Assembly: GCA_938091905.1 (NCBI GenBank)
Contig: CALKOM010000125.1
Span: forward strand, 1-42,283
Length of the DNA: 42,283 bases
From: an uncultured Verrucomicrobiales bacterium
Lineage (GTDB): Bacteria; Verrucomicrobiota; Verrucomicrobiia; Verrucomicrobiales; DEV007
Reading direction: 5' to 3'
The notes below the pieces were generated by a model. That model was not told where the DNA came from, did not search any database, and was given only the letters and a program-made list of their open reading frames with translations. The translations under genes were made by a program, and so were the position numbers. Shown here piece by piece: positions 1 to 8,668 of the stretch (positions are counted from its first letter, which is position 1; each line of letters opens with the position of its first letter).

Positions 1-1013
1 ACAGCCTCAGCTTCATCGATGAACAGGAAAGCAAGATGCCCTTCGGCCGCCTTCTCCCGACACTGCTGAAAGAGATCGCGAACCTGGCGCTCACTCTCAC
101 CTAGCCACATATTTAGAATCTCAGGGCCCTTTACATGAAGAAAGAAGTCAGGGCGATCCACTCCATCCTTCTGCTTGATCTGCTGCCTCAAATTATAGGC
201 CGTCGCCCGGCCCAACAAGGTCTTCCCACAACCCGGTGGACCGAAGAGAAGAAAGCCTTTGGGAACAGGATGCTGAAATGCTTCGAAAAGATCACCATGC
301 AAATAAGGCAGCTCCACCGCATTGCGAATTCCTTTCACGGCAGTCTCTTGGCCTCCAATAGCCTCCCACGGTGTAGGTGGGACTTCCGTCAAAGCTCGGT
401 CGGTTCGTTTGGTCTTACCCAAGACTTCGAGCGCAATCCGCTGGGTAACATCAAGCCGTACTTCGTGCCCCTCCTTAATCAAAACATCTCTCAAGTGCGG
501 AGCGCGTTTCACAACACCTTCAGCAGCGCCATTCTCTTGTCCAAGCCGAAGACGCCCATCCGCGAGCACCTCGGTGACTTTGAGGATAGGACCGTGAGTA
601 TCCAGTCCCAGGATTCCGATCAGGGCAAAGGCCTCATTCAGCGCCACTCGCGTGCCTGTCTCCAGAGCACTCTTATCTAATGTGGGATCAACAGCGCATA
701 CGTACTCAGTACCACCGGCCATGACGCAGGCGGTGCCATCAGGACGAATTTCGAGAAAGGTGCCCACACGCAAGGCAGGCGAACGAAGTTTATCTAACGC
801 GTTGCTAAGTTTCTCCAGAGTCTCACGGGCCTGATCCTGAATCTCCTCCATCTCCTCCACACGGCGTCTCAGCAACTGATGATCCTGACTAGGCACACCC
901 ATAAACTTCAACCGTTCTTGAACCAGGTCCAAAACTTGTAAGGTCGACATCTTATCGAGCTCCTCTACAGGGATAGAGCCCCCCATAGGCTGGTCATCAT
1001 TAGGTGTAGTCAC
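1..1013 (-). CDS. arc: Proteasome-associated AAA+ ATPase (ARC/Mpa family), 3' end outside the window
   Basis: Not in the ORF track because there is no stop in the window. Manual translation from GTG 1013 gives MTTPNDDQ..., a coiled coil (RRRVEEMEEIQDQARETLEKLSNALDKLRSP), OB-like segments (RVALNEAFAL), EVPPTPWEAIGG, ELPYLH, Walker A GPPGCGKT, LHVKGPEILNMWLGESERQVR and Walker B FLFIDEAE. Alternative start ATG 986. Confidence 0.88.
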   Translation of the reverse strand, partial: MTTPNDDQPMGGSIPVEELDKMSTLQVLDLVQERLKFMGVPSQDHQLLRRRVEEMEEIQDQARETLEKLSNALDKLRSPALRVGTFLEIRPDGTACVMAGGTEYVCAVDPTLDKSALETGTRVALNEAFALIGILGLDTHGPILKVTEVLADGRLRLGQENGAAEGVVKRAPHLRDVLIKEGHEVRLDVTQRIALEVLGKTKRTDRALTEVPPTPWEAIGGQETAVKGIRNAVELPYLHGDLFEAFQHPVPKGFLLFGPPGCGKTLLGRATAYNLRQQIKQKDGVDRPDFFLHVKGPEILNMWLGESERQVRDLFQQCREKAAEGHLAFLFIDEAEA

Positions 1014-1025
1014 ACCGACATTGTA
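1014..1025 (-). promoter_or_regulatory. Putative -10 box (TACAAT) 6 nt before the GTG of the ATPase; candidate leaderless promoter
   Basis: Minus strand reads TACAAT-gtcggt-GTG; no Shine-Dalgarno seen. Confidence 0.5.
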
Positions 1026-1054
1026 ACCAGGTTCAGCTCAAAGTGCACTCCCTT

Positions 1055-2665
1055 TCACTGCTCAAGATTCAAGCGAACAAACGCTGCGGAAGAATCAAGA
1101 TCGAGAACAAAGCTGGAAGTCTCCACTCCAGAGGTCGGACCTGCCACCCGTGAAACGCCTTCATCGATTAGGCTCCACGTCCCAAGATCGGTTGATGAAG
1201 AAATGTTGAAAGCCTCGTTCACTGGGTGAATGAACGAGCCTGTCTTCTCCGCGAAATCAAAGAGACTCAGAAAGAAATGATCAGATAGAACTTCGCCCCG
1301 CTCATTGCTGACAATGACATCATAGAGCGACACCTCTTCCAAGGTGACGCCAGAGAGATTCATCGTGAGCTGTTTCCCTACCTCCAACACGTCACCACTC
1401 CTCCTCCAGATCGCCTGATCACTATTATCCTGAGTTTCTACCGTAAAACTCGCAGCGCCTCCTCCTCTCACGGCCTGTGAGCGAGGACCGCCAACGATCT
1501 CAGGCATGGGCGTCTCAATGAAGCGCCCACGTCCTCTCGTATCTCGGCGGAAGCGCGGCCACGGCTGCGAGTAACCGAGAGAGGCACCACATTCCAAAGC
1601 GTATAGTTTTCCATCAAATGCCCCTACCAAAAGGTGACCATCCACAGTGAGAACAGGCGACGAATCGATCACGGCTTCAATCTCCGTCTCCCAGATTTCT
1701 TGTCCGCCCGGCGCAAAGGCCACGACCTTGCTAAGCCCAGATCCCGCATAGTAGACAACATAGACAAAGCCATTCGCATCAATGACAGGAGAACTGAAGA
1801 AGATATCGCCAAGAAAACTCGCCCAAAGTTCGGTGCCCGTCTGATCGACGGCGTAGACCGAACCATTACGTGAAGCAAAGTAGACCGTGTTATCTGAATC
1901 GATGGCCGGACAAACATCCACCGCTTCTGGCGTATCAAACTTCCAGCGAAGCTGCCCTTCCGCAGTCAACGCGTAGAGAGAGCCATTGCCAGAACCAATG
2001 TAAACGTTGCCAGCTTCATCGAGTGCGGGCGAGCTATAGATACGACTTTCCTCTGCACCAGCTCCGTCGACTGAGAAGGTCCATTGCCGCTCTCCGCTAT
2101 CATTGATACAGTAGACGTTCCCATCGTCCGCTCCGAAATAGATTCTATCATTACGGTCAATTGCTGGCGAGCTGCGCGTCTCTGCACCGATTTCAAAGAA
2201 CCATTCCTCTTCGCCTGATGGCAAGACGCCATGAACAAAGCCCGCTGACGTAGAGACAACAATGAGACCCGCTGAAGTGATCCCGGGCGAGGCTTGAACC
2301 ACGCCAAACTGGCCTTCTGACTCTCCCAACGTTGTCTCCCATTTGGCTTGACCCGTGTCAGGATCTATCGCTACGAGCGTCGAGTCGTAGGTTCCCACAT
2401 AAATCGTCCCGTCCTCTCCAAGGGCCGCTGTCGCGTCGATCCAATCATTTGCAGTATAAGACCACAGCGGAATCACTTCACTGTCGTTAGCACGATAGGC
2501 CGTTAGCATGCTCGCGTTCGATCCAAGGTAGATGGTGCCATCACGGCCAAGGGTCGGCGAGGCAAAGATTGGCTCTCCCATGTCCACTGACCAAAGGACA
2601 TCACCGTTCTCAGCACGCAGCTCAATACTAATAAGCAAGAGAAGCAAGAGAACGCGGTAAGCCAT
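1055..2665 (-). CDS. Exported PQQ-like/BamB-like beta-propeller repeat protein with Ig-like domain and C-terminal S-x-DL-x-x-W...F-x-R module
   Basis: Signal peptide; about 8 repeats of SSPAI-x-x-DG-x-IY-x-G...LYA...G...W; Ig-like segment (PRSQAV...YDVIVSNERGEVLS). Confidence 0.85.
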   Translation of the reverse strand: MAYRVLLLLLLISIELRAENGDVLWSVDMGEPIFASPTLGRDGTIYLGSNASMLTAYRANDSEVIPLWSYTANDWIDATAALGEDGTIYVGTYDSTLVAIDPDTGQAKWETTLGESEGQFGVVQASPGITSAGLIVVSTSAGFVHGVLPSGEEEWFFEIGAETRSSPAIDRNDRIYFGADDGNVYCINDSGERQWTFSVDGAGAEESRIYSSPALDEAGNVYIGSGNGSLYALTAEGQLRWKFDTPEAVDVCPAIDSDNTVYFASRNGSVYAVDQTGTELWASFLGDIFFSSPVIDANGFVYVVYYAGSGLSKVVAFAPGGQEIWETEIEAVIDSSPVLTVDGHLLVGAFDGKLYALECGASLGYSQPWPRFRRDTRGRGRFIETPMPEIVGGPRSQAVRGGGAASFTVETQDNSDQAIWRRSGDVLEVGKQLTMNLSGVTLEEVSLYDVIVSNERGEVLSDHFFLSLFDFAEKTGSFIHPVNEAFNISSSTDLGTWSLIDEGVSRVAGPTSGVETSSFVLDLDSSAAFVRLNLEQ

Positions 2666-2700
2666 TCGTGGAGAGTCGGCTAGGAGTCGATCGTCGACAA
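2666..2700 (-). promoter_or_regulatory. Putative sigma-70-type promoter TTGTCG-N17-GACTCT, 6 nt before the ATG
   Basis: Read directly on the minus strand: -35 at 2695-2700, -10 at 2672-2677, ATG at 2665. Confidence 0.4.
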
Positions 2701-2706
2701 GTGCGA

Positions 2707-4071
2707 TCAGCCCTCGGTGACGTCCAAGGGCAAATTCACCGAGAAAGTTGTTCCTGATTCGTCTGTTTCTAAGAGTTGCAACTCGCCCCCGATCTGCCTC
2801 GCGAGCTGAGCAGAAATGACGAGTCCAATCCCCGTGCCTTGATCTTTGCCCGACTTTTTTGGCACAAAGAGGCGTTCGCGAAGTTCTTTCGAGATCCCCT
2901 CCCCTCGGTCCGCGATTTTGACAACGAGCGTCGCGTCGTTCTGCATGCAGAACGATACATTGACCGAACTGCCAGGAGGTGAGGCCTCAATCGCATTCTC
3001 CGTCAGGTTGACGAGAACAAGTAACAGCACATTGCCTTGCCTACCAGAGAGCTTCCGACGGGGAACGTCAGACAATTGCAGCGCCACATCACGTCGCTTA
3101 GCCTTCGAACACGTCTTCTCCTCGAGTAAACCACGCACCTCATCGAGATCGTATTCATAGACGAGGGCGCTGTCTTCATCGCGCATCACATCCGCCAAGT
3201 GATCGATCATCCCCTGCATATCCAGGACTCGTTCTTTCCCGTGCTCGGCGTGCGTAGCTGTCAGGGGCTCCTCAAATAGCCCTTTCAGAGCAGCCAGGGG
3301 GTTCTTCAACCCATGAATCAAGTGCGCGCTGAGTGATCCGACCGCAGAAGATTTGTCGGCGAAGGCCAGCTGATGGTTGAGTTCTACCAGACGCTGATGC
3401 GAGTCTTCGATCAGTCGACGAGAGCGCTCTGATTGACGGTATGCCCATGCAAAGAGTCCCGTAAGACAAACCAACGCGGTCGCCAGCAAGGACCCGCTAA
3501 TTTTCACGAGCTGGCGATCCATTTCCTTCAAGTCGTTTGTGGTCTCTGCGCCATCGAATAAATAGCGCGCCATGGCCAGCGTACGCTCATTGTCATCATC
3601 ACGCAGCGGGACGATCACTTCGACCAAGGCAATGCCCAACGGCATGCTTTCAGCCTCACTGTTAGGAAACAAATCTTCCCCGATAGCCTCAGCGTGATAG
3701 CGCGTTGAGGGTTCACCTTGGAGGGCTCTGGCCAAATCGACTGGCGCCACCGTAATGGTGAGTGAATCATCAATATCATCACTGATCAGAAAGCCGTCTT
3801 CATCAAAAAGACTCACATCAATGAGATTGTCCATTTGCACGTCAGAAAGGACGAGACTGATAAGCTCACTCGCCTCGCTTCCCAAAAGTAAGAGCGTCTC
3901 TCGAGTATCTGCTAATTGAGTCGCGGCTAGCGGCTGGAGAATCTCACCGTACTGATCAATGAAGACGGTCTGCAGTTGTCCACGAACGCTCCATGTGAGC
4001 CAGGCCACGAGACTGGTCAGCACGATTGCAGTGATCGCAAACAGCTTGAGAGCGATGCGCTTGGTGAGCAT
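2707..4071 (-). CDS. Two-component sensor histidine kinase (2 TM, periplasmic sensor)
   Basis: H-box LIHGLKNPL, N-box NLTENAIEAS, G1 DRGEGI, G2 GTGIGL; two hydrophobic helices. Confidence 0.93.
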   Translation of the reverse strand: MLTKRIALKLFAITAIVLTSLVAWLTWSVRGQLQTVFIDQYGEILQPLAATQLADTRETLLLLGSEASELISLVLSDVQMDNLIDVSLFDEDGFLISDDIDDSLTITVAPVDLARALQGEPSTRYHAEAIGEDLFPNSEAESMPLGIALVEVIVPLRDDDNERTLAMARYLFDGAETTNDLKEMDRQLVKISGSLLATALVCLTGLFAWAYRQSERSRRLIEDSHQRLVELNHQLAFADKSSAVGSLSAHLIHGLKNPLAALKGLFEEPLTATHAEHGKERVLDMQGMIDHLADVMRDEDSALVYEYDLDEVRGLLEEKTCSKAKRRDVALQLSDVPRRKLSGRQGNVLLLVLVNLTENAIEASPPGSSVNVSFCMQNDATLVVKIADRGEGISKELRERLFVPKKSGKDQGTGIGLVISAQLARQIGGELQLLETDESGTTFSVNLPLDVTEG

Positions 4072-4118
4072 GTTAACTTAGCTCTATGGAGAAATAGCGA
4101 TTCATCACGATCAGCTGA

Positions 4119-5312
4119 TCAAAATGTGTGATGAAGACCTAGAGTGAAAACGTGCACATCGTATTGATCATCAGGCACATTGGACAAATAGCTCTCGAAT
4201 CCATAGCGGGCGAGGCCTTCCCAGGCCTCTCCAAACTTTCGTTTGGCATCAAGCCCCAAACCGAATCGGGCACGATAGCGGTGATTGGTATCTCCGACCT
4301 CTTTCGTTTGCACAGGATAATCGTAGTGGGTGTAGCTGCCGTTAAGCGCGATCGACCAGCGATCTCGTTGGTATGTTAGAGATTGTGTTACGCTCGTCAT
4401 GGCAAAGTCATTGTAACCCGATCCTGAGTCCTCTACAAAACGAAACCGAAGCCCGGTCTTACTACGCCAGCGCTTTGCTTCGTCAAGATTGGCCTCCACC
4501 CCCAACGCTATCTGATGTTCCCCCCACGAGAGTTCTTTGCCTGGGATGCTTGCTCCAACGCGATCCCGTTCAAGGCGATCAGCATAGTCTCGCCACTCGT
4601 AACCGTAGCTAAGTCTCAGTTTTAATTTATCTGTCAGAAACATCCGAAGATCGGAAACTATACCTACTTCATCGTAGTTTTGATCGCTGTCCTGGAAACG
4701 ATTGAAAGTCACAGGCAGACGGAATCCCCAAGTGGTTCGATCTGTCAGCTTCACTTCCGCTCGTGGGGTCACCGCAAACTGATGGAGGGTGATATTCGTC
4801 TGCCCCAAGTCTAATTCTTCGAACTCCAGACTAAATGCCTGTTCCAAATACATGTACTGGCCAGCCACGCCCACTTGCCAGCCATGACCTAACAGTTTGT
4901 CGACCTGAGCGAGCGCAATGCCCAACCACTCGTTGTCGAGACCATCAACGTCAGCGTAATGCCGATTCTCCACAAGCACATAGCCTAGAAACTTCCAATC
5001 GGTGGGCTGGCCAAGCCGAAACACCGTGGTTTCCCACTCGGTCAAAGTAAATGCGCTATCCTCTTGCGAGAATGCACTGAAGAGAGCGTTTTTCTTATAC
5101 CCCCCACCTAACAGAAGACGATTTTCGACATTCCATAGCGCCGAGACCGACTCAGTCTCCTCTGACAGTTCAGCATCTCCATAGAGCAGGGCATCCAGCA
5201 GATCATCGTCTGCTAACAATGCTTCGACATCGAGCGCGTCCTTCTCGTCCGCCAGGACAGGAACCAGTCCTGAACAGAGCAGGCAAACTAGGAGAGGCAG
5301 AAGTCGACTCAT
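4119..5312 (-). CDS. Putative outer-membrane beta-barrel protein
   Basis: Signal peptide from MSRLLPLLVCLLC (ATG 5312 preferred over GTG 5357); alternating aromatic beta-strand pattern; C-terminal FTLGLHHTF with terminal Phe. Confidence 0.75.
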   Translation of the reverse strand: MSRLLPLLVCLLCSGLVPVLADEKDALDVEALLADDDLLDALLYGDAELSEETESVSALWNVENRLLLGGGYKKNALFSAFSQEDSAFTLTEWETTVFRLGQPTDWKFLGYVLVENRHYADVDGLDNEWLGIALAQVDKLLGHGWQVGVAGQYMYLEQAFSLEFEELDLGQTNITLHQFAVTPRAEVKLTDRTTWGFRLPVTFNRFQDSDQNYDEVGIVSDLRMFLTDKLKLRLSYGYEWRDYADRLERDRVGASIPGKELSWGEHQIALGVEANLDEAKRWRSKTGLRFRFVEDSGSGYNDFAMTSVTQSLTYQRDRWSIALNGSYTHYDYPVQTKEVGDTNHRYRARFGLGLDAKRKFGEAWEGLARYGFESYLSNVPDDQYDVHVFTLGLHHTF

Positions 5313-5365
5313 CGCGCCCAAGATTCGTGGCATTGCGATACGATCAACGACAATCACAAACGCAA

Positions 5366-5400
5366 AGAGCCGCCCAACAGCACAGCTGCTGGACGGCTCT
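5366..5400 (-). terminator. 16-bp stem-loop after the exported helical protein gene (terminator or mRNA stabiliser)
   Basis: Minus strand AGAGCCGTCCAGCAGC-TGT-GCTGTTGGGCGGCTCT (two G-U pairs) followed by TTGCGTTT. Confidence 0.7.
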
Positions 5401-5418
5401 AAAAGATAGGATCAGAGA

Positions 5419-6060
5419 TTACTCACCATCACGACGATCATTTCCCTCTTGGCGATTGTTACGGATTTCTTCGCGAAGCTTCTTGAACTCGTCACGCACC
5501 TGCTTGTGGAGATCACGTTGCTCAGCTTTGTGCTCGTCTATCAACATCTTGCGCTCGTCCTTCGTTTTAGCCTCAGCAAGAGCGCGCCCAAGCGCATCCT
5601 GTGCCGCCTTCTTCTCTTCGCGTGAGTCCTTCAGAAGCTTGCGCAGGTCTTTCACTCCGTCGGGAGCATTTTCACGCTGAGCGTCACGAGCTTCCTTGGC
5701 TGCATCGCGGAGAGCCTCAGCAGCTTCACGCTGAGCATCGATCAAGGCTGCATTTTCGTCTTTGAAATTGGCGATCACTTCATTCACTTGATCCCGTGTC
5801 GCCTGCTTCCCCAAGACGGCAATTTCCGCTTTCAGAGCATCGCGAAGAGCCTTGCGCTCCTCGTCATACCGATCTTTCTGCTCCTGGATTTCGCCCATCA
5901 CCTCAGGTCTTCCATTCTTGAAGGCCTCCTTTGCTTTGTTAAGGGCCTCCTCTGCCGCCTTGCGAGCACCATCGACATCCACATCGCCAAAGCCACGTTG
6001 GGCCATTGAGAGACTGGTAAATCCAAGAAGTAATGCTGCGGTGATCGTCAGTAGTTTCAT
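5419..6060 (-). CDS. Exported, highly charged all-helical/coiled-coil protein (Spy/CpxP/ZraP-like in character)
   Basis: True start probably ATG 6060 (MKLLTITAALLLGFTSLSMA, signal peptide); mature part rich in E/K/R/A/D with no Cys or Trp. Confidence 0.75.
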   Translation of the reverse strand: MKLLTITAALLLGFTSLSMAQRGFGDVDVDGARKAAEEALNKAKEAFKNGRPEVMGEIQEQKDRYDEERKALRDALKAEIAVLGKQATRDQVNEVIANFKDENAALIDAQREAAEALRDAAKEARDAQRENAPDGVKDLRKLLKDSREEKKAAQDALGRALAEAKTKDERKMLIDEHKAEQRDLHKQVRDEFKKLREEIRNNRQEGNDRRDGE

Positions 6061-6092
6061 AAGTCGATAGATAGATCCTCGACCGTAAGCCT

Positions 6093-6108
6093 CGCACAAA
6101 GTATACCG
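6093..6108 (-). promoter_or_regulatory. Candidate sigma-54 (-24/-12) promoter
   Basis: Minus strand CGGTATACTTTGTGCG has the GG-N10-GC spacing, 32 nt upstream of ATG 6060 and just downstream of a sigma-54 activator gene. Confidence 0.55.
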
Positions 6109-6185
6109 CGCCAGGCACCAATCATTTAAGGCTCTGTATATCAACGATTTAAAGAAACTACGACCTCATTCATCAGACTTCAAAT

Positions 6186-6244
6186 TGGGAATACTGCCCC
6201 ATCAGTTCCTGGGAAATAACTCCCAGTTGGGAACTATTTCCCCA
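6186..6244. promoter_or_regulatory. Three tandem palindromic TGGGA-N6/7-(T/C)CCCA sites, candidate enhancer (UAS) for the adjacent bEBP
   Basis: TGGGAATACTGCCCCA (6186-6201), TGGGAAATAACTCCCA (6210-6225), TGGGAACTATTTCCCCA (6228-6244). Confidence 0.65.
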
Positions 6245-7661
6245 TGGCCTTCATGCGATAGCGGATAAAGTCCCGTTTCACCCCGAGTAACCGAGCGGCC
6301 GCCGAAACATTGTCGCCAGATTGATCGAGCGCCTTTTGGATCAGCCGATTGATCGCCTCATCTAAAGAGAATCCTTCCTCAGGAAATTGCCACCCTGGCT
6401 GGAGCCAGTCCTTTAGCACGCCGCTGGTAGCAACGGTGGCTTCTGTTGGGACAGGAGAACTCTCCTTACCTCCTGCGGGTGCTAGATGGGAAAAATCGAT
6501 AATCTTTCCCCTGCCCCAGACCAGCTGGCGCTCAAGCTCGTGCATCAATTCACGAACATTGCCTGGCCAATCATAATTTAGTAAGAAGCCTTCCTGCTCC
6601 TTCGGCACTTCAGTGACGCTCGCTTGGTATCGTTTTGAAAGCTGGCCGAGCAGATGATTGGCCAGGGCCACGATGTCATGCCCGCGATCTCGCAAAGGAG
6701 GGATGTCCACCGTAAGCAAATTCAGTCGATGATAGAGATCTTCACGAAATTCTCGCTTCGCTATCATGTCCTGCAGATCTGCATTGGTCGCCGCAATGAC
6801 CCGCACATCCACAGCGAGATCCTTGTTTCCTCCTACCCGGCGGATCTTTCGATCTTCAATAGCGGTCAACAGTTTCGCCTGAACTCCCGCGGACAAACTA
6901 GGCACCTCATCGAGAAAGAGCGTGCCTTGATGGGCTGCCTCAAACAAGCCCATGCGAGCTTTACGTGCGTCGGTGAACGCACCGCGTTCATGGCCAAAGA
7001 GCTCTGACTCGGCGAGATTGTCCGGCAAGGTCGAGCAATTCACTTCTACGATTTCCTGATCGGCACGTGGCCCGTGTCGATGAATCCAGCGGGCAAAGGT
7101 CGACTTCCCAGTCCCCGTAGCCCCAGAGATCAGCACCGGAGGTAGAGCCGTCGCCAATCGCTGATCCGCCTCAAGAATCCGTTCAAGCTGCTCCTGAACC
7201 TTGCCAAGTGAGCCTCCAAAGAAAAGTCCTTCCTGAGTAGGCTTGACCAAAGCCTGCCGATGCTCCAACAGCCGCACAGCCTGCTCCTGGCGTTGACAGC
7301 GCCTAAAGATAATAGGGAGCTCTTCGTGATCGAACGGCTTCGCGAGGAAATCTGCTGCCCCGAGTTGCATCGCCTCGACGGCCCGCCCGACGCCGCCATC
7401 GGAAGTCATCACCACCACTGACGTGGTTTCTGGAAAAGCCCCTTCCTTTAATAAGTCAAGACCTTCGCCATCGGGTAGCTGAATGTCCACGAGAGCGAAG
7501 TCGAAAGTCCATTCTTTGAGAGCCACTCGAGCCTTAGCAAGCGTGTCCACAGCCACCACATCGGCCCCGCCCTGCTCAAGAAAGGCTGCGGCCCGCTTCC
7601 GCAGCATGAGTTCATCTTCCAAGACTAGGATCTCCCGATCAGCAATGAGGCCGCGCTCCAT
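6234..7661 (-). CDS. Sigma-54-dependent response regulator (NtrC/AtoC/ZraR family)
   Basis: Receiver (VLEDE, LVDIQLPD, AKPF), AAA GATGTGKS, ESELFGHERGAFTDA, FLDEV, WPGNVREL, Fis-type HTH NVSAAARLLG. Confidence 0.95.
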   Translation of the reverse strand: MERGLIADREILVLEDELMLRKRAAAFLEQGGADVVAVDTLAKARVALKEWTFDFALVDIQLPDGEGLDLLKEGAFPETTSVVVMTSDGGVGRAVEAMQLGAADFLAKPFDHEELPIIFRRCQRQEQAVRLLEHRQALVKPTQEGLFFGGSLGKVQEQLERILEADQRLATALPPVLISGATGTGKSTFARWIHRHGPRADQEIVEVNCSTLPDNLAESELFGHERGAFTDARKARMGLFEAAHQGTLFLDEVPSLSAGVQAKLLTAIEDRKIRRVGGNKDLAVDVRVIAATNADLQDMIAKREFREDLYHRLNLLTVDIPPLRDRGHDIVALANHLLGQLSKRYQASVTEVPKEQEGFLLNYDWPGNVRELMHELERQLVWGRGKIIDFSHLAPAGGKESSPVPTEATVATSGVLKDWLQPGWQFPEEGFSLDEAINRLIQKALDQSGDNVSAAARLLGVKRDFIRYRMKAMGK

Positions 7662-7841
7662 AATTAGGGTGGCAGCCTAACCACAGGGATCCCCGCTTCA
7701 AGCTTCTCATTCTAGGGCAATCTCAAACTTGTTCTCAATCTTGCTTCTAAATTCTAATTTTTATGGCAAATTTGATTGATTTTTATTATTTCCATGAAAA
7801 TAATAAAAGCACCTTTGAAAAACGTCTCATTTCAAAAACCA

Positions 7842-8495
7842 ATGATCACTACGACCTCCCCAAACCCCGCCTCGATCCTCTCAACATCGACGCCTGGAAA
7901 CAACCAAAAGAATGACTATCTTGGGGAGATCGGCCCTCTAAAGCGCGCACTCGACATCGTCGGTGCACTCGTAGGCCTGACCCTGTCCGCGCCTCTTATG
8001 ATGATCATCGGCATCCTCATCCACCGCGAGTCTCCTGGTTCGGTGATCTACACTCAGAAGCGAGTTGGCCGCGGCGGTAAGCTATTCACTATCTTCAAGC
8101 TCCGCAGCATGAAGTTCGACTCTGAGACCGGCGGCCCAGGCTGGACGATCAAGAACGATCCCCGCTGCCTCAAGATTGGAAAATTCATCCGCGCTTGGAA
8201 CCTCGACGAGGTCCCTCAGTTCTGGAACGTCCTCAAGGGAGACATGAGCCTTGTGGGCCCACGTCCCGAGCGCCCTGAGCATATCGAGCGCCTTTGCGAA
8301 GAGACCCCAGGTTGGGACAAGCGCTTTGCCGTAAAGCCTGGTCTTACCGGTCTTGCCCAACTCAAGGGATAGCGCGGCGACACCGACATGAACAAGCGCC
8401 TCAACAGCGACGTTGACTACATCCACAACGGCTCGTTCAAGATGGACATCGTCATCATCGCTCGCACGCTCATCAATCGCGAGAACGCCTACTAG
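7842..8495 (+). pseudogene. Bacterial sugar transferase (WcaJ/WbaP C-terminal type phosphoglycosyltransferase) interrupted by an in-frame TAG
   Basis: KRALDI, FKLRSM, NLDEVPQFWNVLKGDMSLVGPRPERP, KPGLTGLAQ. After TAG (8370-8372) the frame continues RGDTDMNKRLNSDVDYIHNGSFKMDIVIIARTLINRENAY*, the normal family C-terminus. Confidence 0.8.
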
Positions 8496-8573
8496 CAGAA
8501 ATACTTTGCGTCAGTTGTAAGTGGCCTGGGGAGGCGCTTGCGATTGGCGCGGTCGAAGAAAGAGCAGCAGTAG

Positions 8574-8599
8574 CCCCCGTCGGATACGTCCGTCGGGGG
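8574..8599 (+). terminator. GC-rich hairpin, probable terminator
   Basis: CCCCCGTCGGA-TACG-TCCGTCGGGGG (one mismatch) followed by TGTTCGCGTT. Confidence 0.5.
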
Positions 8600-8668
8600 T
8601 GTTCGCGTTCAGATGGCGAAGGTGTTTAGAGTGTCAGTATCTCCTTAGCTATGTGAAGATAAAGGACC

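Noticed and set aside
135..834. Plus-strand ORFs 135-680, 322-597 and 652-834
   Set aside because: Antisense shadows of the ARC/Mpa ATPase on the minus strand; no recognisable motifs.
6186..6244. Mini-CRISPR or transposon ends
   Set aside because: Units are 16-17 bp with 2-8 bp gaps and there is no cas or transposase gene; they fit regulator binding sites better.
7763..7780. Sigma-54 promoter at TGGCAAATTTGATTG (also TGGC starts near 11892 and 12737)
   Set aside because: No GC at the required GG-N10-GC spacing.
8370..8372. Pyrrolysine or programmed amber read-through in the sugar transferase
   Set aside because: The position corresponds to Trp, one base from TAG; many genes here use TAG as a true stop; no pyl genes in the window.
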